The translations under genes and the position numbers were made by a program. The notes beneath the pieces were generated by a model. That model ran no database searches and had not been told where the DNA came from. It saw only the letters and a list, made by a program, of their open reading frames with translations. 64,000 bases of DNA from Eledone cirrhosa (Eukaryota). Position 1 is the stretch's first letter; each line of letters opens with the position of its first letter. Positions 11,251 to 26,288 of the stretch are shown here, one piece after another. The stretch covers positions 9,796,001 to 9,860,000 of the forward strand of contig OZ024756.1 in assembly GCA_964016885.1 (NCBI GenBank), in the 5' to 3' direction.

Positions 11251-14021
11251 AACACCTGGAGGTCAGAGACACAGCTTGACCATTGACCAGTCTGTGGCAC
11301 ACCTGGAGGTCAGAGACACAGCTTGACCATTGACCAGTCTGTGGCACACCTGGAGGTCAGAGACACAGCTTGACCATTGACCAGTCTGTGGTACACCTGG
11401 AGGTCAGAGACACAGCTTGACCATTGACCAGTCTGTGGCACACCTGGAGGTCAGAGACACAGCTTCACCATTGACCAGTCTGTGGCACACCTGGAGGTCA
11501 GAGACACAGCTTGACCATTGACCAGTCTGTGGCACACCTGGAGGTCAGAGACACAACTTGACCAGTGACCAGTCTGTGGCACACCTGGGGGTCAGAGACA
11601 CAACTTGACCACTGACCAGTCGGTGGCACACCTGGAGGTCAGAGACACAACTTGACCACTGACCAGTCGGTGGCACACCTGGATGTCAGAGACACAACTT
11701 GACCATAGACCAGTCTGTGGCACACCTGGATGTCAGAGACACAACTTGACCACTGACCAGTCGGTGGCACACCTGGATGTCAGAGACACAACTTGACCAG
11801 TGACCAGTCTGTGGCACACCTGGAGGTCAGAGACACAACTTGACCATTGACCAGTCTGTGGCACACCTGGAGGTCAGAGACACAGCTTGACCATTGACCA
11901 GTCTGTGGCACACCTGGAGGTCAGAGACACAGCTTGACCATTGACCAGTCTGTGGTACACCTGGAGGTCAGAGACACAGCTTGACCATTGACCAGTCTGT
12001 GGCACACCTGGAGGTCAGAGACACAGCTTCACCATTAACCAGTCTGTGGCACACCTGGAGGTCAGAGACACAGCTTGACCATTGACCAGTCTGTGGCACA
12101 CCTGGAGGTCAGAGACACAACTTGACCAGTGACCAGTCTGTGGCACACCTGGGGGTCAGAGACACAACTTGACCACTGACCAGTCGGTGGCACACCTGGA
12201 GGTCAGAGACACAACTTGACCACTGACCAGTCGGTGGCACACCTGGATGTCAGAGACACAACTTGACCATAGACCAGTCTGTGGCACACCTGGATGTCAG
12301 AGACACAACTTGACCACTGACCAGTCGGTGGCACACCTGGATGTCAGAGACACAACTTGACCAGTGACCAGTCTGTGGCACACCTGGAGGTCAGAGACAC
12401 AACTTGACCATTGACCAGTCTGTGGCACACCTGGAGGTCAGAGACACAGCTTGACCATTGACCAGTCTGTGGCACACCTGGAGGTCAGAGACACAGCTTG
12501 ACCATTGACCAGTCTGTGGTACACCTGGAGGTCAGAGACACAGCTTGACCATTGACCAGTCTGTGGCACACCTGGAGGTCAGAGACACAGCTTCACCATT
12601 GACCAGTCTGTGGCACACCTGGAGGTCAGAGACACAGCTTGACCATTGACCAGTCTGTGGCACACCTGGAGGTCAGAGACACAACTTGACCAGTGACCAG
12701 TCTGTGGCACACCTGGGGGTCAGAGACACAACTTGACCACTGACCAGTCGGTGGCACACCTGGAGGTCAGAGACACAACTTGACCACTGACCAGTCGGTG
12801 GCACACCTGGATGTCAGAGACACAACTTGACCATAGACCAGTCTGTGGCACACCTGGATGTCAGAGACACAACTTGACCACTGACCAGTCGGTGGCACAC
12901 CTGGATGTCAGAGACACAACTTGACCAGTGACCAGTCTGTGGCACACCTGGAGGTCAGAGACACAACTTGACCACAGACCAGTCTGTGGCACACCTGGAT
13001 GTCAGAGACACAACTTAACCACAGAACAGTCTGTGGCACACCTGGAGGTCAGAGACACAACTTGACCACTGACCAGTCGGTGGCACACCTGGAGGTCAGA
13101 GACACAACTTAACCACAGACCAGTCTGTGGCACACCTGGAGGTCAGAGACACAACTTGACCACTGACCAGTCGGTGGCACACCTGGATGTCAGAGACACA
13201 ACTTGACCACAGACCAGTCTGTGGCACACCTGGAGGTCAGAGACACAACTTGACCACAGACCAGTCTGTGGCACACCTGGATGTCAGAGACACAACTTGA
13301 CCACAGACCAGTCTGTGGCACACCTGGATGTCAGAGACACAGCTTGACCAGTGACCAGTCTGTGGCACACCTGGAGGTCAGAGACACAACTTGACCAGTG
13401 ACCAGTCTGTGGCACACCTGGAGGTCAGAGACACAACTTGACCATTGACCAGTCTGTGGCACACCTGGATGTCAGAGACACAACTTGACCAGTGACCAGT
13501 CTGTGGCACACCTGGAGGTCAGAGACACAACTTGACCAGTGACCAGTCTGTGGCACACCTGGGGGTCAGAGACACAACTTGACCATTGACCAGTCTGTGG
13601 CACACCTGGAGGTCAGAGACACAACTTGACCACTGACCAGTCGGTGGCACACCTGGAGGTCAGAGACACAACTTGACCACTGACCAGTCGGTGGCACACC
13701 TGGATGTCAGAGACACAACTTGACCAGTGACCAGTCTGTGGCACACCTGGAGGTCAGAGACACAACTTGACCACTGACCAGTCGGTGGCACACCTGGATG
13801 TCAGAGACACAACTTGACCATTGACCAGTCTGTGGCACACCTGGAGGTCAGAGACACAACTTGACCAGTTACCAGTCTGTGGCACACCTGGAGGTCAGAG
13901 ACACAACTTAACCACAGACCAGTCTGTGGCACACCTGGAGGTCAGAGACACAACTTGACCACAGACCAGTCTGTGGCACACCTGGAGGTCAGAGACACAA
14001 CTTGACCAGTGACCAGTCTGT
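11251..14021. repeat. 47-bp tandem satellite, about 59 copies, with a 564-bp (12-mer) higher-order repeat
   Basis: Unit cacctggaggtcagagacacagcttgaccattgaccagtctgtggca; the gtac variant recurs at 11391, 11955 and 12519. Confidence 0.97.
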
Positions 14022-14135
14022 GATGTTAAACGACAACAACGATGATGATAATGATGAGGATGATGATTATGATGATCATGGTGGTGGTGATGATGAGGAT
14101 ATAGCGATGGTGGTGATGATGGTGATGGTGGTGAT

Positions 14136-17100
14136 GATGTGTTATTACCGTAATAGATGTGTTATTACTGTAACAGATGTGTTATTACAGTACTATATGT
14201 GTTATTACAGTAATAGAACTGTTATTACAGCGATATATGTGTTATTACAGTACTAGATGTGTTATTACAGTAATATATGTGTTATTACAACAACAGATGT
14301 GTTATTACAGCAATAGATGTGTTATTACAGTACTAGATGTGTTATTACAGTAATAGATGTGTCATTATAGTAATAGATGTGTTATTACAGTACTAGATGT
14401 GTTATTACAGTAATAGATGTGTCATTATAGTAATAGATGTCTTATTACAGTAATAGATGTGTTATTACAGTAATAGATGTCTTATTACAGTAATAGATGT
14501 GTTATTACAGTAATACATGTGTTATTACAGTAATAGATGTGTTATTACAGTAATAGATGTCTTATTACAGTAATAGATGTGTTATTACAGTAATACATGT
14601 GTTATTACAGTAATAGATGGGTTATTACTGTAATAGATGTGTTATTACTGTAATAGATGTGTCATTATAGTAATATCTTATTACAGTAATAGATGTGTTA
14701 TTACAGTAATAGATGTTTTATTACAGTAATAGATGTGTTATTACAGTAATATATGTGTTATTACAGTAATATATGTGGTATTACTGTAATATATGTGTTA
14801 TTACAGCAATATATGTGTTATTACAGTAATAGATGTGTTATTACAGTAATACATGTGTTATTACAGTAATATATGTGTTATTACTGTAATATATGTGTTA
14901 TTACAGTAATATATGTTTTTTTACGGTAATAGATGTGTTATTACAGCAATAGATGTGTTATTACAGCAATAGATGTGTTATTACAGTAATAGATGTTTTA
15001 TTACAGTAATAGATGTGTTATTACAGTATCAGATGTGTTATTACAGTATAGATGTGTTATTACAGTAATAGATGTGTCATTACAGTAATACATGTCGTAT
15101 TGCAGTAATAGATGTGTTATTAGAGCAATAGATGTGTTATTACAGTACTAGATGTGTTATTACAGTACTAGATATGTTATTACTGTAATAGATGTGTTAT
15201 TAGTGTAATAAATGTTTTTTTACGGTAATAGATGTGTTATTACTGTAATAGATGTGTCATTACTGTAATAGATGTGTTATTACAGTAATATATGTGTCAT
15301 TACAGTACTAGATGTGTTATTACAGTAACATATGTGTTATTGCAGTAATAGATATGTTATTACTGAAATATATATGTTATTATTGTAATAGATATGTTAT
15401 TACAGTATTATATTGTGTTATTAATGTCTTAGATGTGTTATTACAGTAATAGATGTGTTATTACAGTAATACATGTTTTATTACAGTAGTAGATGTCTAA
15501 TTGCTGTAATAGATGTGTTATTACAGTAATAGATGTGTTATTACAGTAATAGAGGTGTTATTACAGTAGTAGATGTGTCATTACAGTACTAGATGTGTTA
15601 ATACAGTAATAGATGTTTTATTACAGTACTAGATGTGTTATTACAGTAATAGATGTGTTATTACAGTCACTGATGTGTTATTACAGTCACTGATGTGTTA
15701 TTACTGTAATAGATGTGTTATTACTGTACTAGATGTGTTAATACAGTAATAGAGATGTCTTATTACAGTAATATATGTCCTATTACAGTAATAGATGTGT
15801 TAGTACAAAAGTAGTTGTGTTATTACAGTATTAGATGTGTTATTACAGTAATATATGTGTTATTACAGAATTAGATGTGTTATTACTGTAATAGATGTGT
15901 TATTACAGTACTAGATGTGTTATTACAGTGATAGATGTGTTATTACAGCAGCATATGTGTTATTACAGTAATAGATGTAGTTATTACACTACTAGATGTG
16001 TCAGTACAGTAACAGATGTGTTATTACTGTAATAGATGTGTTTTTACAGTACTAGCTCTGTTACTACAGTACTAGATGTGTTACTACAGTACTAGATGTG
16101 TTATTACAGTACGAGATGTGTTATTACAGTAATAGATGTGTTATTATTGTAATGGATGTGTTATTACTGAAATAGATGTGTTATTACAGTGCTAGATGTT
16201 TTATTACAGTACTAGATGTGTTATTACAGTGATAGATGTGTTATTACTTTAATATATGTGTTATTACTTTAATAGATGTGTTATGACAGTACTAGATGTG
16301 TTATTACAGTACTAGATATGTTATTACAGTACTAGATGTGTTACTACTGTAATAGATGTATTATTACAGTAATATATGTGTTATTACTGTAATAGATGTG
16401 TTATTACATTAATAGATGTGTTATTACTGTAATAGATGTGTTATTACTGTAATAGATGTGTTATTACAGTATTAGATGTGTTATTAGAGTAATAGATGTG
16501 TTATTACAGTACGAGATGTGTTATTACAGTAATAGATGTGTTATTACAGTACGAGATGTGTTATTACAGTATTAGATGTGTTATTACAGTACTAGATGTG
16601 TTATTACAGTACTAGATATGTTATTACTGTAATAGATGTGTTATTAGTGTAATAGATGTTTTTTTACGGTAATAGATGTGTTATTACTGTAATAGATGTG
16701 TCATTACTGTAATAGATGTGTTATTACAGTAATATATGTGTCATTACAGTACTAGATGTGTTATTACAGTCACATATGTGTTATTGCAGTAATAGATGTG
16801 TTATTACTGAAATATATATGTTATTATTGTAATAGATATGTTATTACAGTATTATATTGTGTTATTAATGTCTTAGATGTGTTATTACAGTAATAGATGT
16901 GTTATTACAGTAATACATGTTTTATTACAGTAGTAGATGTCTAATTGCTGTAATAGATGTGTTATTACAGTAATAGATGTGTTATTACAGTAATAGATGT
17001 GTTATGACAGCAATAGAGGTGTTATTACAGTAGTAGATGTGTCATTACAGTACTAGATGTGTTAATACAGTAATAGATGTCTTATTACAGTACTAGATGT

Positions 17101-20100
17101 GTTATTACAGTAATAGATGTGTTATTACAGTCACTGATGTGTTATTACAGTCACTGATGTGTTATTACTGTAATAGATGTGTTATTACTGTACTAGATGT
17201 GTTAATACAGTAATAGAGATGTCTTATTACAGTAATATATGTCCTATTACAGTAATAGATGTGTTAGTACAAAAGTAGTTGTGTTATTACAGTATTAGAT
17301 GTGTTATTACAGTAATATATGTGTTATTACAGAATTAGATGTGTTATTACTGTAATAGATGTGTTATTACAGTACTAGATGTGTTATTACAGTGATAGAT
17401 GTGTTATTACAGCAGCATATGTGTTATTACAGTAATAGATGTAGTTATTACACTACTAGATGTGTCAGTACAGTAACAGATGTGTTATTACTGTAATAGA
17501 TGTGTTTTTACAGTACTAGCTCTGTTACTACAGTACTAGATGTGTTACTACAGTACTAGATGTGTTATTACAGTACGAGATGTGTTATTACAGTAATAGA
17601 TGTGTTATTATTGTAATGGATGTGTTATTACTGAAATAGATGTGTTATTACAGTGCTAGATGTTTTATTACAGTACTAGATGTGTTATTACAGTGATAGA
17701 TGTGTTATTACTTTAATATATGTGTTATTACTTTAATAGATGTGTTATGACAGTACTAGATGTGTTATTACAGTACTAGATATGTTATTACAGTACTAGA
17801 TGTGTTACTACTCTAATAGATGTATTATTACAGTAATATATGTGTTATTACTGTAATAGATGTGTTATTACATTAATAGATGTGTTATTACTGTAATAGA
17901 TGTGTTATTACTGTAATAGATGTGTTATTACAGTATTAGATGTGTTATTAGAGTAATAGATGTGTTATTACAGTACGAGATGTGTTATTACAGTAATAGA
18001 TGTGTTATTACAGTACGAGATGTGTTATTACAGTATTAGATGTGTTATTACAGTACTAGATGTGTTATTACAGTACTAGATATGTTATTACTGTAATAGA
18101 TGTGTTATTAGTGTAATAGATGTTTTTTTACGGTAATAGATGTGTTATTACTGTAATAGATGTGTCATTACTGTAATAGATGTGTTATTACAGTAATATA
18201 TGTGTCATTACAGTACTAGATGTGTTATTACAGTCACATATGTGTTATTGCAGTAATAGATGTGTTATTACTGAAATATATATGTTATTATTGTAATAGA
18301 TATGTTATTACAGTATTATATTGTGTTATTAATGTCTTAGATGTGTTATTACAGTAATAGATGTGTTATTACAGTAATACATGTTTTTTTACAGTAGTAG
18401 ATGTCTAATTGCTGTAATAGATGTGTTATTACAGTAATAGATGTGTTATTACAGTAATAGATGTGTTATGACAGCAATAGAGGTGTTATTACAGTAGTAG
18501 ATGTGTCATTACAGTACTAGATGTGTTAATACAGTAATAGATGTCTTATTACAGTACTAGATGTGTTATTACAGTAATAGATGTGTTATTACAGTCACTG
18601 ATGTGTTATTACAGTCACTGATGTGTTATTACTGTAATAGATGTGTTATTACTGTACTAGATGTGTTAATACAGTAATAGAGATGTCTTATTACAGTAAT
18701 ATATGTCCTATTACAGTAATAGATGTGTTAGTACAAAAGTAGTTGTGTTATTACAGTATTAGATGTGTTATTACAGTAATATATGTGTTATTACAGAATT
18801 AGATGTGTTATTACAGTAATAGATGTGTTATTACTGTAATAGATGTGTTATTACAGTACTAGATGTGTTATTACAGTGATAGATGTGTTATTACAGCAGC
18901 ATATGTGTTATTACAGTAATAGATGTAGTTATTACACTACTAGATGTGTCAGTACAGTAACAGATGTGTTATTACTGTAATAGATGTGTTTTTACAGTAC
19001 TAGCTCTGTTACTACAGTACTAGATGTGTTACTACAGTACTAGATGTGTTATTACAGTACGAGATGTATTATTACAGTAATAGATGTATTATTATTATAA
19101 TGGATGTGTTATTACTGAAATAGATGTGTTATTACAGTGCTAGATGTTTTATTACAGTACTAGATGTGTTATTACAGTGATAGATGTGTTATTACTTTAA
19201 TATATGTGTTATTACTTTAATAGATGTGTTATGACAGTACTAGATGTGTTATTACAGTATTAGATGTGTTATTAGAGTAATTGATGTGTTATTACAGTAC
19301 GAGATGTGTTATTACAGTAACAGATGTGTTATTACAGTACGAGATGTGTTATTACAGTATTAGATGTGTTATTACAGTAATAGATGTGTTATTACAGTAC
19401 GAGATGTGTTATTACATTAATAGATGTGTTATTACTGTAATAGATGTGTTATTACAGTATTAGATGTGTTATTACAGTAATAGATGTGTTATTACAGTAC
19501 GAGATGTTTTATTACAGTAATAGATGTGTTATTACAGTACGAGATGTGTTATTACATTAATAGATGTGTTATTACTGTAATAGATGTGTTATTACAGTAT
19601 TAGATGTGTTATTACAGTAATAGATGTGTTATTACAGTACGAGATGTGTTATTACAGTAATAGATGTGTTATTACAGTAATAGATGTGTTATTACAGTAC
19701 GAGATGTGTTATTACAGTATTAGATGTGTTATTACAGTAATAGATGTGTTATTACAGTACGAGATGTGTTATTACATTAATAGATGTGTTATTACTGTAA
19801 TAGATGTGTTATTACTGTAATAGATGTGTTATTACAGTATTAGATGTGTTACTACAGTACTAGATGTGTTATTACAGTACGAGATGTGTTATTACAGTAA
19901 TAGATGTGTTATTATTGTAATGGATGTGTTATTACTGAAATAGATGTGTTATTACAGTGCTAGATGTTTTATTACAGTACTAGATGTGTTATTACAGTAC
20001 TAGATGTGTTATTACAGTCATAGATGTGTTATTACTTTAATATATGTGTTATTACTTTAATAGATGTGTTATTACTGTAATAGATGTGTTATTACATTAA

Positions 20101-22703
20101 TAGATGTGTTATTACTGTAATAGATGTGTTATTACTGTAATAGATGTGTTATTACAGTATTAGATGTGTTATTACAGTAATAGATGTGTTATTAGTATTA
20201 CAGTACTAGATGTGTTATTACTGTAGTAGAGGTGTTATTACATAATAGATGTGTTATTACAGTACTGAATGTGTTATTACAATACTAGATGTCTTATTAC
20301 AGTAATAGATTTGTTATTACAGTAATAGATGTGTTATTATACTACTGGATGTGTTATTAATGTAATAGATGTGCTATTACTGTAATAGATGTGTTATTAC
20401 TTTAATATATGTGTTATTACTTTAATAGATGTGTTATGACAGTACTAGATGTGTTATTACAGTACTAGATATGTTATTACAGTAATATATGTGTTACTAC
20501 TGTAATAGATGTATTATTACAGTAATATATGTGTTATTACTGTAATAGATGTGTTATTACTGTAATAGATGTGTTATTACTGTAACAGATGTGTTATTAC
20601 AGTACTATGTGTTATTACAGTAATAGAAGTGTTATTACAGCAATATATGTGTTATTACAGTACTAGATGTGTTATTACAGTAATATATGTGTTAATACAG
20701 CAACAGATATGTTATTACAGTAATAGATGTGTTATTACAACAACAGATGTGTTATTACAGCAATAGATGTGTTATTACAGTACTAGATGTGTTATTACAG
20801 TAATAGATGTGTTATTAGAGTAATAGATGTGTCATTATAGTAATAGATGTCTTATTACAGTAATAGATGTGTTATTACAGTAATAGATGTGTTATTACAG
20901 TGATAAATGTGTTATTACGGCTTCAGGTGTGTTATTACAGCAATAAATGTGTTATTAGAGTACTAGATGTTCTATTACAGTAATAGATGTGTTATTTCAG
21001 TAATAGTTTTGTTATTACACCAATAGATGTGTTATTTCAGTACTAGCTGCGTTATTACCGTAATATATGTGTTATTACAGTAACAGGTGTATTATTACTG
21101 TACTAGAAGTGTTATTACAGTAATAGATGTGTTATTACAGTAATAGATGTGTTATTACAGCAACATATGTGCTATTACAGCAATAGATGTGTTATTACAG
21201 TATTAGATATGTCATTAATAGATGTGTTATTACATTACTAGATGTGTCATTACAGTAATGGATGTGTTATTTCAGTAATAGATGTGTTATTACAGTAATA
21301 GGTGTGTTATTACAGCAATAGATGTGTTATTACTGTAATAGATGTGTTATTACACTAATAGATGTGTTATTACACTAATAGAAGTGTTATTACAGTACTA
21401 AATGTGTTATTACTGTAATAGATGTGTAATTACTTTAAGAGATGTGTTATTACAATAACAGATGTGTTATTACAATAATATATGTGTTATTACAGCAAAA
21501 AATGTGTTATTACAGTAATAGATGTGTTATTACAGTAACAGATGTGTTATTACAGTACTAGATATGTTATGTCTGTAATAGATGTGTTATTACAGTAATA
21601 GATGTTTTATTACAGTATCAGATGTGTTATTACAGAAGCAGATGTGTTATTTCAGTATAATATGTGTTATTACAGCAACAGATGTGTTATTACAGTAATA
21701 GATGTGTTATTACAGTACTAGATGTGTTATTACTGTAATATATGTGTTATTACAATATTAGATGTGTTATTACAGTATAATATGCGTTATTACAGCAACA
21801 GATGTGTTATTACTGTAATTGATGTGTTATTACAGTACTAGATGTGTTACTACTCTAATAGATGTGTTATTACAGTACTATATGTGTTATTACTGTAATA
21901 GATGTGTTATTACAGTAATAGATGTGTTATTGCTGTAATAGATGTGTTATTACTGTAATATATGTGTTATTACGTTAATAGATGTGTTATGACTGTACTA
22001 GATGTGTTATGACTGTACTAGATGTGTTATTACAGTACTAGCTGTGTTATTACAGCAACAGATGTGTTATTACAATTTAGATCAACAGGTATGTTACTAC
22101 AGCAACAGATGTGTTATTACAGCAACATATATGTTATTACTGTAATAGATCTGTTATTACAGCAACAGATGTGTTATTACTGTAATAGATGTGTTATTAC
22201 TGTAAAAGATGTGTTATTACATCAACAGATGTGTTATTACAGCAATAGATATGTTATTACTGTAATAGATGTGTTTTACAGCAATAGATGTGTTTATTAC
22301 TGTAATAGATGTGTTATTACAACAACTGATGTGTTATTACAGCAATAGATGTGTTATTACTGTAAAAGATGTGTTATTACATCAACAGATGTGTTATTAC
22401 AGCAATAGATATGTTATTACTGTAATAGATGTGTTTTACAGCAACAAATGTGTTTATTACTGTAATAGATGTGTTATTACAGCAACAGATGTGTTATTAC
22501 AGCAATAGATGTGTTATTACTGTAAAAGATGTGTTATTACATCAACAGATGTGTTATTACAGCAACAGATATGTTATTACTGTAATAGATGTGTTATTAC
22601 AGCCGCAGATGTGTTATTACTATAATAGATGTGTTATTACATCAACAGATGTGTTATTACAGTAGTAGATGTGTTATTACAGCAACAGATATGTTATTAC
22701 AGT
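14136..22703. repeat. 20-bp satellite (over 400 copies) with a 1464-bp higher-order repeat
   Basis: Unit agatgtgttattacagtaat; the gtcactga marker recurs at 15666, 17130 and 18594. Confidence 0.97.
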
Positions 22704-23271
22704 CTTGGATAGGTCAGTAAGTATATATCAGAGCTACTCTCTACTTTTCTCAATACATTCCATTTTGAATTCAACAATATGGAATTTTCAAATTTCCAAC
22801 TAAAAAGGAAATAAAAAATAAATAAAAATAAAGAAGAGGAAAAGGTAAGGAAAATGAGTCCCTGGTAGTTTCCTTGTGTTGGAAATTGAAAAAAAAAAGA
22901 ACTGTCTGGTCTTTGGATTGGCTACGCTTTTTTGTTTGTTTTCTCCAATGATGGTTATGGGATTTTGCCAAAGACCCAGACTGGCTGAAATGGAAGTTGC
23001 ATGTTAAAGTAATCTGACCGAAATACCAGGTGTAAAAATTAGTTTGAACAGTGTGTGTATATGATGGGGGTGGGGGTGGGGGCGTGTGGGGGGGGGGGGG
23101 GGCAGAAAAATAAGAAAGAGTCTTCAATAACAATAACAATACACACACTATATATATATTGTGCGTGTGATATATATATATAATATATATATATATAATA
23201 TATATATAAATAATATAATATATATTTACATTATAATATTATATATATGCAAATATATATAATATATATAC

Positions 23272-23321
<50 letters not shown>

Positions 23322-23424
23322 TAAGTAATAGCAATGTAGGATAGTTTAGGTTTAAGTTTTGAACATAATGGAAAAAATGTAGTTTGATGTTTTATTGTTT
23401 TGGGTGTGGGGGGGGGGGGGGGTG

Positions 23425-23802
23425 ACAAAGATAATTTTCTTCTTCTCCAGTTCTCCTTTATCATCATCGTCTTCTTCTCAAGCTCCTCATCCTCCTTCTT
23501 CTTCTTTTTCTTCTTCTCCAAGTTCTTCCCCATCCTCCTCCCCCTTCTTCTTCTTCTTCTTCTTCTTCTCTTTGTTGTTGTTCTACAGAAACAGCAAGTT
23601 CTCTCCCCTTCCACACCTCTCATGAGGTCTGTTGCTTCCTTCGTTGGTGTCCAAAACACTCTTCATTCTCACTATGCTGATTTCTACATGTTTATGTGTG
23701 TGTGATATTGTATGTGTGTGGGTATGTGCATGCATGTGTGTGTGTGTGTGTGTGTGAATGCTTATGTGTGTGTGTGTGATAATGTATGTGTGTGGGTATG
23801 TG

Positions 23803-23861
<59 letters not shown>

Positions 23862-24083
23862 TTATGTGTGTGTGTGATAATGTATGTGTGTGGGTATGTG
23901 CATGTGTGTGTGTGTGTGAATGTTTGTGTGTGTATGTGAATGCAAGAATGTGTGTGTGTGGCTGTTTATGTATGAATATGATAATGTAAGTATGTGAATG
24001 CATGCATGTGTGTGTGTGTGTGTGTGGATGTTTGATAATGTAAGCATGTGTGTGTGTGTAATATATCATCATCATCATCATCA
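23425..24083. repeat. (TTC)n and (TG)n low-complexity tracts
   Basis: Direct. Confidence 0.9.
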
Positions 24084-24244
24084 ATTTCCCAGCTTGTATG
24101 ATTTAGATCTCTCTATATATAATTAAAATATTTAAATGTCCAACTTTGTCACACACATTAAAACTTTCAAAGGTAGCTACATGATTTTGCTGTTATGGTG
24201 GGGTGGTCAGCTTACTATTGTAACGTTGTGAGTTCAATTTCTGA

Positions 24245-24795
24245 CATAGATTCAACTATGAGAGTTAGATCATCTGCATACAGAAGTTCCCATGGGCAGC
24301 CAGTCTTAAACTCTTCTGTTATAGCCTGTAGGGCAATAATAAATAGGAGAGGAATAAGGATGGAGCCCCGAATAACACCAACCTGAACGCTAAATGTTTC
24401 ACTATCTTCATTGATAATTCTAACCTTCTAACTGTTCCTATATACATGACTTGTATAGCTCTCACAAGCAATTCAGCTACTCCTAGTTTTCTAAGTGCCC
24501 ACCAGATAATGGAGAAATGAACTCTGTCAAAGGCTTTCTCCAAGTCAACAAAAGCTAAGTAGAGGGGTTTACTTTTAGCTAGGTACTACTGTAATTGCTG
24601 TACAAGGAAGAGAGTATCCGTGGTACTTTTACCTGGCACAAACCAAAACTGCATTTGATCTAGATCAATTTGGTCCCTAATCAGTTGTGTGATAAATCTT
24701 TCTGTGACCTTCATGACCAGGTCAACTAACTTAATGCCTTTATAGTTTTCTCTATCTAGAGCATCTCCTTTCCCCTTGTAGCAGTTAATAATGAC
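24245..24795 (-). mobile_element. RTE LINE RT fragment
   Basis: [37 protein letters not shown]; colinear with 41290-41840. Confidence 0.92.
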
Positions 24796-24796
24796 A

Positions 24797-24905
24797 ACAT
24801 CTTCCGCTTTTTGTAGGAGAAGCTTTTGGTAAACATGATTGGAAGGGAGTGGAATGTTCTTCAGGGAGTAATCCACTTCGTATAAATCCATTCTGACGTT
24901 AATCA
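24797..24905 (-). mobile_element. Probable Penelope-like ORF N-terminus in inverted orientation
   Basis: MDLYEVDYSLKNIPLPSNHVYQKLL resembles the YSxKNIP N-terminal motif of Penelope-like ORFs (recalled, not searched). Confidence 0.55.
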
Positions 24906-24911
24906 GACACA

Positions 24912-25515
24912 AAATTGTAATTCAAATCAAACACAGGAGGTCAAATCCTATGTGGGTATGGTGGAGGGCCGATTTAAGGAACGCTTCCTGAACCACCAGT
25001 AGACCTTTAGGCACCCGGACAGACGTTTATCCACGAAACTCGCGAGCCACGTATGGTCCCTCAAGGACTCAAGTATAGACTACTCCATTCAATGGAAAGC
25101 CATCACTAAGTCCAAGCCATACGCAAGGGGCAATCTGTCGTGTGGACTATGTATTGATGAACGAATAAATATTCTAAATAGATTATGCAATAGTGATTGA
25201 CTAAACTCAAGAAATGAATTCTTCACACGTTGTCCACACATCTGGAAAACCTCTTACATAACTACAAAGCTCCGGATTGAATTACAACAACATCCTAATT
25301 TTCTTATCAACTAGAAACTTTCGGACTTTCGCAGTTATCTCCCTTACACCTCTCGCACGCAATTTAGTATTGCCTGTGGGAAGTGATCGTTTCTGCGCCT
25401 GCATGTTCGTACGGTTGTCCTTCCTGTTCCGTATAATCATGTCCATTACGAGCTGAGGATCCGCTAATGTGAAACAATTGTTCTCGGTATGGTGAACTAA
25501 CTGTTGTGTAACCAC

Positions 25516-25518
<3 letters not shown>
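24912..25518 (+). mobile_element. Penelope-like element 3' end: GIY-YIG endonuclease remnant and 3' region with HHR
   Basis: Manual translation KSYVGMVEGRFKERFLNHQ*TFRH...TKLASHVWSLKD..IQWK...CGLCIDER...LNSRNEFFTRCPH; ends at (TA)n. Confidence 0.88.
25449..25486 (+). ncRNA. Minimal hammerhead ribozyme motif
   Basis: cgag-CTGAGGA-tccgctaatgt-GAAA-caattg-TT-ctcg; stem I is perfect, stem II is weak. Confidence 0.7.
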
Positions 25519-25575
<57 letters not shown>

Positions 25576-25579
<4 letters not shown>

Positions 25580-26120
25580 CAAGAAAGAAGATTGACATGG
25601 TTCGCTATACAATAAGGGCTTTATTCACATTGCTGACAATTGTTTCTTTGATCTGGCAGGTCTAGAGTTCGCTATACGCCTAAATTTGCGCCATTTTAAT
25701 TGTCTGCTAACTAGTTATTTTATGTTATCATTGATATTATTATTCTGGTTTAATACCACACTTATATAAAAACCATGCCTTATGTATTTTGTTCATTTCA
25801 CTCGCTCCGATGAAATAGTTGTGGTTATAAACAAAGTATTGGAGATCGATTGGCGCAAAATCAGGCGTATAGAGAACTCTAGACCTGCCAGATCAAAGAA
25901 ACAATTGTCAGCAATTGTATAGCGAAGCATGTCAATCTTCTTTCTTGAATTATTATTACTCCAAGTATAAACTACATAGAAATCACCGCGAACTCGCAGC
26001 ATCACTATGGAAACGTCTTGTTGAGTCAAACTAAGCCACACGTTAATACTATCCACTACAAGAACTACTCCAACTGGACTACATCTAAGTGGACTGCCTA
26101 TAATGATAACCTGTTATCCC

Positions 26121-26121
<1 letters not shown>
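25576..26121 (+). mobile_element. TA-flanked island with inverted repeat and extended HHR-like motif (25804-25912)
   Basis: 25576-25694 is inverted at about 25850-25951; gct-CCGATGA-84 nt-GAAA-caattg-TC-agc. Confidence 0.65.
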
Positions 26122-26210
<89 letters not shown>

Positions 26211-26257
26211 CATATATATATATAACATATATATATATATTACATATATATGTATAT

Positions 26258-26288
<31 letters not shown>

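Noticed and set aside
19281-22665. Cys/Tyr-rich ORFs (MCYYSNRCVIT...)
   Set aside because: Read-through of the 20-bp satellite.
11251-22703. CRISPR-like appearance of regular repeats
   Set aside because: No unique spacers, no cas genes, eukaryotic context; these are satellites.
23570-23690. Possible exon after a pyrimidine tract ending ttctacag
   Set aside because: The acceptor-like tract is a (TTC)n microsatellite; no recognisable peptide or convincing donor.
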